Below, in pieces: positions 1 through 7,279 of a stretch of 16,124 nt of DNA. The notes beneath the pieces are model-generated. The model had not been told where the DNA came from, did not search any database, and was given only the letters and a program-made list of their open reading frames with translations. The translations under genes were made by a program, and so were the position numbers. Source of the DNA: Candidatus Margulisiibacteriota bacterium. GTDB taxonomy: Bacteria > Margulisbacteria > WOR-1 > O2-12-FULL-45-9. Each line of letters starts with the position of its first letter. The first letter of the stretch is position 1. The DNA lies in the NCBI GenBank assembly GCA_043816785.1, contig JBDRHP010000103.1, positions 1 to 16,124 of the forward strand, in the 5' to 3' direction.

Positions 1-372
1 TATCCGACAATTTCAAGGGCGGTTTATTCTTCGGATTCCGGACAAACGAGTATCAGGGGCACTTGCGAGGCAAGCGTGGGTACGGTTGAGGTGTACAAAG
101 TTGAAAGCACGCCGGACCCAAGCGGCTATGGCGAAGGCAAGTATTATCTGGGCACAGCGACAGCCAGCGGCGGCACCTGGAATATTTTGCTCACAGGGCT
201 GACCACGGCAGATTCAGTTACGGCCCTTAATACAGATAGTAGTGGAAATTCTTCAGAATTTGGGTATAATATTGCTGTTACGGCATTTTCCGGTAAACAC
301 TGGATTATTGAGGATTCTATCAAGCAATTGATCTTCATTGGCGGAGATAAACGGAAGATTTATGAGAGATAA
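1..372 (+). CDS. 3' end of a large extracellular-type protein (5'-truncated); C-terminal Ig-like module of the kind that follows beta-helix/CSLREA-type regions
   Basis: Frame 1 is open from base 1 (YPTISRAVYSSDSGQTSIRGTCEAS...) to TAA 370-372, so the ORF-track start at 76 is internal. It contains the recognisable pattern P-x-I-S...GT...VEVY...DPSGYGEGKYYLG...W...VTALNTDSSGNSSEFG and is Ser/Thr/Gly-rich. Family assignment is from motif recall. Confidence 0.7.
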   Translation, partial: YPTISRAVYSSDSGQTSIRGTCEASVGTVEVYKVESTPDPSGYGEGKYYLGTATASGGTWNILLTGLTTADSVTALNTDSSGNSSEFGYNIAVTAFSGKHWIIEDSIKQLIFIGGDKRKIYER

Positions 373-1204
373 AATTACTGGTTTTATTCTAGCGTTGCTA
401 ATGATACAATGTGCTTGTATGGCAACGGCAAGAACCAGTGCCAATTATCAAATTACGATAGATTCTTTTGACGCGGGAATCGGCCTGGCGAATTCCTCAT
501 CGTATAGTTTACTGAGCGAGGTTAGAGAGCGTGACCTTGAATCCCAAACCGGGACAGATAGGATCGTGTTGCAGGGATTTAAGCCAGCGGCTTACTTTAC
601 GTCAGTTGTTCAGCTGGTTGTTACCGCGATTGATCCTACTTCCGCGTATAATATCGCGCCTGTCCAGACAACCATAACCGGCAGAAATTTTGCTCAAGGC
701 GCGACAGCAAGTTTTACCTCTACAACGGAAGCAACAATTACTGGTACTATCAGCAGCCTTACTGGAACAGAGATTAAGGCTGAGTTTGACCTTGTTGGGG
801 CAAATTCTGGCTTTAGGACGGTGGTGGTTAGAAATCCTGATGGCCAGAGCGGATCCCTGTCTAATGCCTTTGAAGTCAAACAATATATAACTATACCGGA
901 CATCATAATTATTTCTCCCAATCCTTTTAATCCGCGCACGCAATCGACTGGAGTTATATATTCGCTTGATGCAGCTACAAATATTAAAGTCTATATCTTT
1001 GGTGTTACCGGCAAGCTGCTTTATGTGAGAAACATCAGCGCAGGTGCTGTTGGCGCGGTTGCTGGCAATAATGTGATATATTGGGATGGCTCTACTAGCT
1101 TCGGTAAAGTTGATACCACGGATGTATTTTTGGTTCACATAATAGAACAATCATCTAATAAGATTTTAGCCAGGGGTAAGATCGCGACTGTCATAACGCC
1201 ATGA
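362..1204 (+). CDS. Secreted protein: signal peptide, small N-terminal beta module, IPT/TIG domain, C-terminal FlgD-Ig/T9SS type A-like sorting domain
   Basis: ATG at 362 gives a canonical signal peptide (MRDKITGFILALLMIQCACMATA) and is preferred over TTG at 338. IPT/TIG motifs are VTAIDP, ITGRNF and VVVRNPDGQSGSLSNAFEV. The CTD (~905-1204) reads SPNPFNP...IYSL...IKVYIFGVTGKLL...IYWDG...FG...RGKI. Confidence 0.75.
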   Translation: MRDKITGFILALLMIQCACMATARTSANYQITIDSFDAGIGLANSSSYSLLSEVRERDLESQTGTDRIVLQGFKPAAYFTSVVQLVVTAIDPTSAYNIAPVQTTITGRNFAQGATASFTSTTEATITGTISSLTGTEIKAEFDLVGANSGFRTVVVRNPDGQSGSLSNAFEVKQYITIPDIIIISPNPFNPRTQSTGVIYSLDAATNIKVYIFGVTGKLLYVRNISAGAVGAVAGNNVIYWDGSTSFGKVDTTDVFLVHIIEQSSNKILARGKIATVITP

Positions 1205-3459
1205 GAAAAGCTATATTAATCTTAGGAATAGTCTTTATCATTTCAGGCATGGGCTATGCCTTGGAAGATCCTCTGGAAATTGGGGTTACGGCAAGACCCA
1301 TGGGCATGGGGAAAGCCTTTGTGGCCATTGCTGATGACGGTAGTTCGGTCTTTCTTAATCCATCTGGTATAGCTGGAGTGGACTATTGGAGTTTCACCAG
1401 TATGTATACCAAGCTGCTTGGGGACGTCTATTATTTTGCTACTTCTCTTTCATATCCAATAAACTTCAGGGGACTTGATGGAAGCTTAGCTATTGGCTAT
1501 GTTGGCTCAGGGGTCGACCAGCTGATCGTGCCAACCAGTACGGGCATTGAGTTTTTCTACTATCATAGCAATGTGCTGCTGCTGTCTTCCGGGCTTAAGT
1601 TAACACCTGATTTGATGATCGGTGGGAACCTGAAATATTTTAGCAAGGGTTTTGTCGGGGCGGTGACTAATCAGGGCCATGGTTGGGATATTGATCTAGG
1701 CATCAAATACAGTTGGACAGATCATATAAATTTAGGTTTGGCTATGCAAAACGTTGTTCCCTTATCCATGGGAGGCAAAGTTGTTTGGGATAATGGCCTG
1801 CAGGAGGGTATCCCGGTTGTGCTTAAGCCCGGGATCGCCTTTAAAACAGGCAGCACAACCTACGCTTTGGACGTGGAATACACCCGTACTTATCCCACGC
1901 TTTTGCATGTTGGGATCGAACATGCTTTGATAAAAAATTATTTTGTCCGCCTGGGGATGGACCAGGTCGTATCTGCCTCTCAGGCCGGCGGGGTGGCTTC
2001 CATGCCGACTTTTGGCTTGGGGTTAAATCTTTATGGTTTTCGGGTGGATTATGCCTATCATCCTTATCATGATGAGACCGGCAATGTTACCCATTACGTG
2101 TCTTTCTCGAATGTTCCTCCAGATAAACCTGATGTGAAAATGGAGCCAGTAGAGGAGATTATCATTTTGAAGCCAAGTGATAATACCTTGACTTATGAGG
2201 TTGAGATTCCTGTTTCTGGGACACTTGAGAATGTCGTTTCCGTAATGGTCGCTGGAGAAAAACAAAGAATTACCAGGGATGGTTTTAATACCATAGTCCC
2301 CTTGAATCATGGGCGAAACACGATCGATCTTGAGGGAATATCCATAACTGATAAACTGATTAAGCGCTGGGTTGCGGTAATTCGCTTGAGGTGGTTCAAG
2401 GATGTTTCTGAAGAGCATTGGGCTAGAAAGCCTATCGAGTGTTTAAGCACCGCAGGCGTAATCCTGGGTTATCCGGATAAAACTTTTGGCGGAGACCGCG
2501 GCATTACTCGAGCAGAGTTTGTCACTATGATCATGAGGGCTTTTGAAGATGAACTAAAACCAAAGACTGCTTCAAAGATTTTTCCAGATACGATCGGCCA
2601 TTGGGCAGAGCTTCATATTGATGGCGCAGTTCAAATGAAAATTGTTAAAGGCTATCCTGATGGGAAATTTAAGCCCAATGGCCACATTTCTCGCGCCGAA
2701 GCAGTCGAGGTTATTACCAACCTGGAAAATTTAAAACGCGAGATCGTGGTAGAACCGCCGTTTCTTGATCTTGATATTACGCATTGGGCAGCGGATGCGG
2801 TTGCCGCGGCAAAGAAAGCCGGCCTGCTGGAATATATGACCGAAGACTTGTTTGCAGCTAGTGAGCCGATCCCCAGATCAGAAGTTACCCAGCTTTTGGT
2901 CAGGACAAAATTTGGACAGGATAAGATGTATAAAACATTCCGCACCCCATATGATCATCTTGTCCTTCCCCCTCATTTGCCGGAAAAAGTAATAGAGATC
3001 GAGCTTCCTCCAACTCCTGAGGCAGTTATAATAGAAAAGGGCGAAGTAAAGGAGCCGGCGTATGCTGTTCTGGATACTTACATTGTTCGGGAGGGTGACA
3101 GCTTGCTGGGCATTGCCATGAGATATTACGGTGATCCATATAAATATCTGGAAATTGCTGAATTTAATAATATTGAAGATCCCAGTGATATCCATGCGGG
3201 GCAAAAGATCTTGATCCCTGACTTGAAGAAATTAGAAAAACAGGAAGAATCAAAGAAAGAGACAAAAAAAGTGAAAGAGCTAGAGCCTGAGATTGTTTTT
3301 TATACAATTCAGACTGGTGATACCTTAATGAGCGTGGCCAGAAAATTTTATAATGATAGCAGCAAATATCTGGAAATTGCTGAATTTAATAAACTTGAAG
3401 ACCCAAATGATATCCGCGTGGGCCAAAAGATAATGGTCCCAGTAAAACCCTCTCCTTGA
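1201..3459 (+). CDS. PorV/PorQ (UPF0164)-like outer-membrane beta-barrel fused to an Ig-like domain, 3x SLH and 2x LysM
   Basis: Signal peptide ends GYA. N-terminal motif ARPMGMGKAFVAIADDGSSVFLNPSGI is typical of PorV/FadL-like barrels, and alternating strands end FGLGLNLYGFRVDYAY...HYVSFS (~2109). SLH repeats start at 2395 (FKDV..HWA..GYPD..ITRAEF), 2581 (FPDT.GHWA..GYPDGKFKPN..ISRAEA) and 2761 (degenerate, IPRSEV). LysM domains lie at 3079-3219 and 3301-3441. ATGA overlap with the upstream gene. Confidence 0.85.
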   Translation: MRKAILILGIVFIISGMGYALEDPLEIGVTARPMGMGKAFVAIADDGSSVFLNPSGIAGVDYWSFTSMYTKLLGDVYYFATSLSYPINFRGLDGSLAIGYVGSGVDQLIVPTSTGIEFFYYHSNVLLLSSGLKLTPDLMIGGNLKYFSKGFVGAVTNQGHGWDIDLGIKYSWTDHINLGLAMQNVVPLSMGGKVVWDNGLQEGIPVVLKPGIAFKTGSTTYALDVEYTRTYPTLLHVGIEHALIKNYFVRLGMDQVVSASQAGGVASMPTFGLGLNLYGFRVDYAYHPYHDETGNVTHYVSFSNVPPDKPDVKMEPVEEIIILKPSDNTLTYEVEIPVSGTLENVVSVMVAGEKQRITRDGFNTIVPLNHGRNTIDLEGISITDKLIKRWVAVIRLRWFKDVSEEHWARKPIECLSTAGVILGYPDKTFGGDRGITRAEFVTMIMRAFEDELKPKTASKIFPDTIGHWAELHIDGAVQMKIVKGYPDGKFKPNGHISRAEAVEVITNLENLKREIVVEPPFLDLDITHWAADAVAAAKKAGLLEYMTEDLFAASEPIPRSEVTQLLVRTKFGQDKMYKTFRTPYDHLVLPPHLPEKVIEIELPPTPEAVIIEKGEVKEPAYAVLDTYIVREGDSLLGIAMRYYGDPYKYLEIAEFNNIEDPSDIHAGQKILIPDLKKLEKQEESKKETKKVKELEPEIVFYTIQTGDTLMSVARKFYNDSSKYLEIAEFNKLEDPNDIRVGQKIMVPVKPSP
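3079..3441 (+). repeat. Tandem duplicated LysM coding units (222-nt offset) sharing a 29-nt exact repeat
   Basis: AAATATCTGGAAATTGCTGAATTTAATAA occurs at 3142-3170 and 3364-3392, and similarity continues downstream (TTGAAGA.CC.A.TGATATCC...CAAAAGAT). Confidence 0.9.
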
Positions 3460-3472
3460 ACCCAGTTTATCG

Positions 3473-3481
3473 TGATATAAT
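3473..3481 (+). promoter_or_regulatory. Extended -10 sigma70-type promoter (TGnTATAAT) for the tRNA-Arg/aroK transcript
   Basis: TGATATAAT at 3473-3481 is a perfect TG-n-TATAAT, 11 nt upstream of the tRNA 5' end. A TTGAAC at 3456-3461 is only 14 nt away, so it is a poor -35. Confidence 0.65.
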
Positions 3482-3492
3482 TATTCAGTTGC

Positions 3493-3566
3493 GCGCCCGT
3501 AGCTCAATTGGATAGAGCATCAGTTTCCTAAACTGGGGGTTGGGTGTTCGATTCACCCCGGGCGCA
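3493..3566 (+). tRNA. tRNA-Arg (anticodon CCT, reads AGG); CCA not encoded
   Basis: The cloverleaf folds by hand: acceptor GCGCCCG/CGGGCGC, D-arm GCTC-AATTGGATA-GAGC (with the A20 Arg identity element), anticodon stem TCAGT/ACTGG with loop TT-CCT-AA (CCT 3527-3529), T-arm GGGTG-TTCGATT-CACCC, discriminator A3566. Confidence 0.96.
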
Positions 3567-3574
3567 ATTTATCT

Positions 3575-4081
3575 ATGAATATTGTTTTAATTGGATTTAT
3601 GGGGTCAGGAAAGTCGGTTGTCGGCCATAAGCTGGCTTCCGAACTTGGCCTGACTTATATCGATACTGATCAGCTTATCGAAGAGGCGGCTGGGCTGAGC
3701 ATCAGCGATATTTTTGCCCAAAAGGGCGAAGCAGTCTTCCGCGAACTGGAAACAGAGACTATTAAGCAGCTGCAGGGTACGGATGGTCATGTCCTGGCTA
3801 CTGGCGGGGGGATGGTTTTGCGCCAGGAAAATGTTAAAATGTTAAAGGATCTTGGGCCGCTGGTCATGCTCTGGGCTGAGCCGGAAATGATCTATCAAAG
3901 AGTTAAGCAAGAAAAACACCGGCCGTTGCTGGAAGTAGCTGATCCCCAAGCGGAGATCAAAAGGGTCCTGGATAAGCGGACGCCGGTCTACAACCGGGTG
4001 GCTGATTATAAGGTTGACACGACAAAGTTAAGCGTAAATGAATGTGTTGAAGGGATAATAAAATGGCTAAAATCAAGGTAG
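3575..4081 (+). CDS. aroK: Shikimate kinase
   Basis: MNIVLIGFMGSGKS Walker A motif; DTDQLIE, GEAVFRELE, ATGGG and RPLL motifs; 168 aa. Confidence 0.96.
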   Translation: MNIVLIGFMGSGKSVVGHKLASELGLTYIDTDQLIEEAAGLSISDIFAQKGEAVFRELETETIKQLQGTDGHVLATGGGMVLRQENVKMLKDLGPLVMLWAEPEMIYQRVKQEKHRPLLEVADPQAEIKRVLDKRTPVYNRVADYKVDTTKLSVNECVEGIIKWLKSR

Positions 4082-5175
4082 AGCTTAAGGATCGAAGTTA
4101 CGATATTATTGTTGGCTCAGGAATTCTTGATGAGTTGGGCGAAAATATTAAGGATGAGCAGTTGGGCAAGAAGATCTTTATTATTACTGATCCTCTGGTC
4201 AATGACCTCTATGGAGATAAATTGCGCAGCGGCTTAAAAGGCTTTACGCATCAGACCCTTGAGGTTCCCTGCGGTGAGCGTTACAAGAACTTGAAGATGG
4301 CTTCAAGCCTCTATGATCAGCTGGTCAAGAGCGCGGCTCATCGGGATTCAGTTATAATTGCGTTGGGCGGGGGAGTGATCGGTGACCTGGCTGGTTTTGT
4401 GGCCGCCACTTACATGCGCGGCATAAATCTTATTCAAGTGCCAACTACTTTGCTGGCGCAAGTTGACGCGGCTATTGGCGGCAAGACCGGGGTCAATCAT
4501 TCCCGGGGAAAAAACTTGATCGGTGCTTTTTATCAGCCTAAAAAAGTTTATATTGACATCCAAGCCTTGAGCACTTTGCCGGCGCGCGAACTGCGCACTG
4601 GCTTGGCTGAAGTAGTTAAATACGGCGTGATCGAGGACGCGGACTTTTTTAAGTTTCTTGAAGCTAATTCGCATCATCTTAACACTAAGGCCTTTGAATC
4701 GCCCGACACTCTGCGCGCCGCTTTAAAGGTCTGGCAGATCATTGTGGCTGAATCAGCCAAGATCAAGGCCAAGGTCGTGGCCAAGGATGAGACTGAAACC
4801 GGCTTGAGGATGATCTTAAATTATGGACACACCATTGGCCACGCGATTGAGGCCTTGACCAGGTATAAGGCATATAATCATGGCGAAGCAGTGGCCATCG
4901 GTATGGTAGCGGCCGCCCGGATAGCTAACCGGATGAAGATGATCAATCAGGAAGCTGTTTTGCGCATTGTTAATCTGCTGGAAAAACTCGGCTTGCCGAT
5001 CGAGGTCAAGGGCTTGTCAGCTAAAAAGATCATCAACGCCCTGCAGATCGATAAAAAGGTCAGGGAGGGTAAAGTCCAGTTCGTGCTGCCGGAAAAAATT
5101 GGCAAGGTGGTTATCAGGAATAATCTCGCCTTGAAAACCATCAACAGCGTGCTGGCGGAAATGGGCTGCCAATGA
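4063..5175 (+). CDS. aroB: 3-dehydroquinate synthase
   Basis: ALGGGVIGDLAGFVAATYMRG, VPTTLLAQVDAAIGGKTGVN, KNLIGAFYQP, LNYGHTIGHAIE and HGEAVAIGM; directly follows aroK. Confidence 0.97.
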   Translation: MAKIKVELKDRSYDIIVGSGILDELGENIKDEQLGKKIFIITDPLVNDLYGDKLRSGLKGFTHQTLEVPCGERYKNLKMASSLYDQLVKSAAHRDSVIIALGGGVIGDLAGFVAATYMRGINLIQVPTTLLAQVDAAIGGKTGVNHSRGKNLIGAFYQPKKVYIDIQALSTLPARELRTGLAEVVKYGVIEDADFFKFLEANSHHLNTKAFESPDTLRAALKVWQIIVAESAKIKAKVVAKDETETGLRMILNYGHTIGHAIEALTRYKAYNHGEAVAIGMVAAARIANRMKMINQEAVLRIVNLLEKLGLPIEVKGLSAKKIINALQIDKKVREGKVQFVLPEKIGKVVIRNNLALKTINSVLAEMGCQ

Positions 5176-6344
5176 AAAGCGTTGTGGAGCAATTAAAAAT
5201 AATTAAACGTGGGGCCATTGAGCTGCTGCCTGAGGCGGAATTCATTAAAAAGCTCGAGGCTGGCAAACCGCTGCGGATTAAATGGGGCGCTGACCCCTCT
5301 GCGCCTGATATTCACCTGGGCCATACCGTTATCCTGACCAAGCTGAGACAGTTCCAGGAGCTGGGCCACCAGGTTATTTTTTTGATCGGTGACTTTACCG
5401 CCCGCATTGGTGATCCCAGCGGCAAATCCGAGACCAGAAAGCCTTTGACCCCTGCTGAAGTGAAACAGAACGCCAAGACCTATCAAGACCAGATCTTTAA
5501 GGTCCTGGATAAGAAGAAAACCAGGGTTGTTTATAACAGCCACTGGCTGTCAAAGCTAAAAATTGAGGATGTGCTAAATCTGGCTGGTAAATACACGGTC
5601 GCGCGCATGCTGGAGCGGGACGATTTTATGAACCGCTATGAACAGGAGCGGCCCATCTCTATCCATGAATTCCTCTATCCCTTGATCCAGGGCTATGACT
5701 CAGTGGAGGTCAAAGCGGATGTGGAGATCGGTGGTACTGATCAGAAGTTTAATATGCTGGTTGGGCGTGAGCTGCAGCGGGAATTCAATGAAAAACCGCA
5801 GTGCATCCTGACCATGCCTTTGCTTGAAGGAACAGATGGGGTCCAGAAGATGAGCAAGTCGTTGAATAATTATATTGGCATTACTGAACCGCCATCCGAG
5901 ATCTTTGGCAAGACAATGTCAATCTCCGACGACCTGATGCTGCGCTATTATGAATTGTTGACTGATTTTCCTTTAGCTGAAATTCGTATTCTGCATCCCA
6001 AAGAAGCCAAGAAAAAGCTGGCTCGTTTACTTGTTGCTCAGTTTTACAGTGACAAAGAAGCTGAGGCAGCTGAAGCTGAGTTTGAATCTGTTTTTAAAGA
6101 GGGGAAAAGGCCGCAGGACGTGCCTTTGCAGCAGCTGGCTAAGTCTAAATATCGCGCCGCTGATCTATTAAAAGAAAGCGGCTTGGCTGCTTCTGGCTCC
6201 GATGCCCGGCGGATCATTAAGCAAGGCGGATTTAAAGTTAATGATGCAGTTGTTGCTGACGAAAACGCTGAGATCGATATCAGCGAGGAAAAACTGCTGC
6301 AAAAGGGCAAGAGAAATTTCCTCAGGGTGGTCAAGGGGAGATGA
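5172..6344 (+). CDS. tyrS: Tyrosine--tRNA ligase
   Basis: GADPSAPDIHLGH (HIGH motif), IGDFTARIGDPSG, YPLIQGYD, GGTDQKFN, KMSKS and a C-terminal S4-like domain (SDARRIIKQGG). Confidence 0.97.
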   Translation: MKSVVEQLKIIKRGAIELLPEAEFIKKLEAGKPLRIKWGADPSAPDIHLGHTVILTKLRQFQELGHQVIFLIGDFTARIGDPSGKSETRKPLTPAEVKQNAKTYQDQIFKVLDKKKTRVVYNSHWLSKLKIEDVLNLAGKYTVARMLERDDFMNRYEQERPISIHEFLYPLIQGYDSVEVKADVEIGGTDQKFNMLVGRELQREFNEKPQCILTMPLLEGTDGVQKMSKSLNNYIGITEPPSEIFGKTMSISDDLMLRYYELLTDFPLAEIRILHPKEAKKKLARLLVAQFYSDKEAEAAEAEFESVFKEGKRPQDVPLQQLAKSKYRAADLLKESGLAASGSDARRIIKQGGFKVNDAVVADENAEIDISEEKLLQKGKRNFLRVVKGR

Positions 6345-7279
6345 GGATCCTTCTTTTTAGCGTGACCGAGATCGGCGCCAGTGTTCTCGCTTTTTTGCTT
6401 GGCGAAAAACATCAGGTTTGCGGGTTGGTTTTTAATTGCTCCAATAATTTTGATATCCAGGAAATGAAGGAGTTGGCTAAACCATATAAAATTCCGTTTT
6501 GGGAATCAAACGATCTTTCCGATCCCAAACTAATTGCCGCGGTCAAAAACACAATTAAACCAGACTTAATTTTAATCGCGTCTTTTGATCAATTGGCGCC
6601 TAAAAGCTTGTATTCTTTAGCCGGGTTAGCTGCCATAAATATTCACCCTTCCTATTTGCCGGATTATCGCGGTTTTCATCCTTATTTTTGGCCGCTGGCC
6701 AATGGCGAAAAACAGTCCGGAGTCAGTTTTCATTACTTAAGCGAGAAGTTTGATCAAGGCGATGTGATCGCTCAGAAAAAGGTAGTGATCGAGCCTGGCG
6801 ATACCGCGGGCATTATTATAGATAAACAGAAAAAGGTGGCCCTAAAGATCTTAAAAAATATGCTGGCGGAGATTGAGCGGACCGGCCAAAAGCCCAAAGC
6901 AGTTCCCCAACCAGCGGGCAACTTTGTCAAGGCGCCCAAAATTAAGCAAAGGGATTTTTTTATTGACTGGCGCTGGCCAACAGCAAAAATAATCGATCGG
7001 ATCAGGGCTTTGAACCCGCATTCTCCGGCTTTTACTTTTTTCCGCGGCGAGCTCGTGGGGATTTATCAGGCCAGGCCTGCGCAAACCTCGACTAAGGCTG
7101 CTGCCGGCGCCATCATTGCTTTAGAAGCTAGCGGCCCGGTGGTTAAGACTGGAGACGGGGCTGTGGTTTTAGTTGTTGTTCTGGCGGGTAAAAGATATCT
7201 GCTTTCGGGAAATGATTTTATCGCCAATGAGAAAGTCAAGGTGGCTGAGAAATTTGGCTGGGAAGAGAGGATTAGTTGA
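6341..7279 (+). CDS. N10-formyl-THF-dependent formyltransferase (Fmt/ArnA-like fold); possibly a sugar-nucleotide N-formyltransferase rather than initiator-tRNA Fmt
   Basis: INIHPSYLPDYRG and FDQGD carry the catalytic Asn/His/Asp, and there is an Fmt C-terminal domain (IDW...IRALNP). It lacks the FMGTP start and QPDRPxGRG loop of canonical Fmt. Confidence 0.8.
   Translation: MRILLFSVTEIGASVLAFLLGEKHQVCGLVFNCSNNFDIQEMKELAKPYKIPFWESNDLSDPKLIAAVKNTIKPDLILIASFDQLAPKSLYSLAGLAAINIHPSYLPDYRGFHPYFWPLANGEKQSGVSFHYLSEKFDQGDVIAQKKVVIEPGDTAGIIIDKQKKVALKILKNMLAEIERTGQKPKAVPQPAGNFVKAPKIKQRDFFIDWRWPTAKIIDRIRALNPHSPAFTFFRGELVGIYQARPAQTSTKAAAGAIIALEASGPVVKTGDGAVVLVVVLAGKRYLLSGNDFIANEKVKVAEKFGWEERIS

Noticed and set aside
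3142..3392. 29-nt direct repeat as a CRISPR repeat
   Set aside because: Only two copies, 222 nt apart, both in frame within LysM domains; no cas genes.
1..3459. Possible GC shift or horizontal origin of the left block
   Set aside because: Spot checks by eye varied widely from line to line; this cannot be supported without computation.
3456..3461. TTGAAC as a -35 element
   Set aside because: The 14-nt spacer to TATAAT is too short; the extended -10 suffices.
3493..3566. tRNA as an integration site or genomic island boundary
   Set aside because: I saw no duplicated tRNA 3' end and no integrase, and housekeeping aroK follows immediately.
5100..5172. T-box riboswitch upstream of tyrS
   Set aside because: There is no leader; tyrS overlaps the aroB stop codon.
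6341..7279. Assigning the symbol fmt
   Set aside because: It lacks the canonical Fmt N-terminal motifs and sits next to sugar genes, so it was left unnamed.
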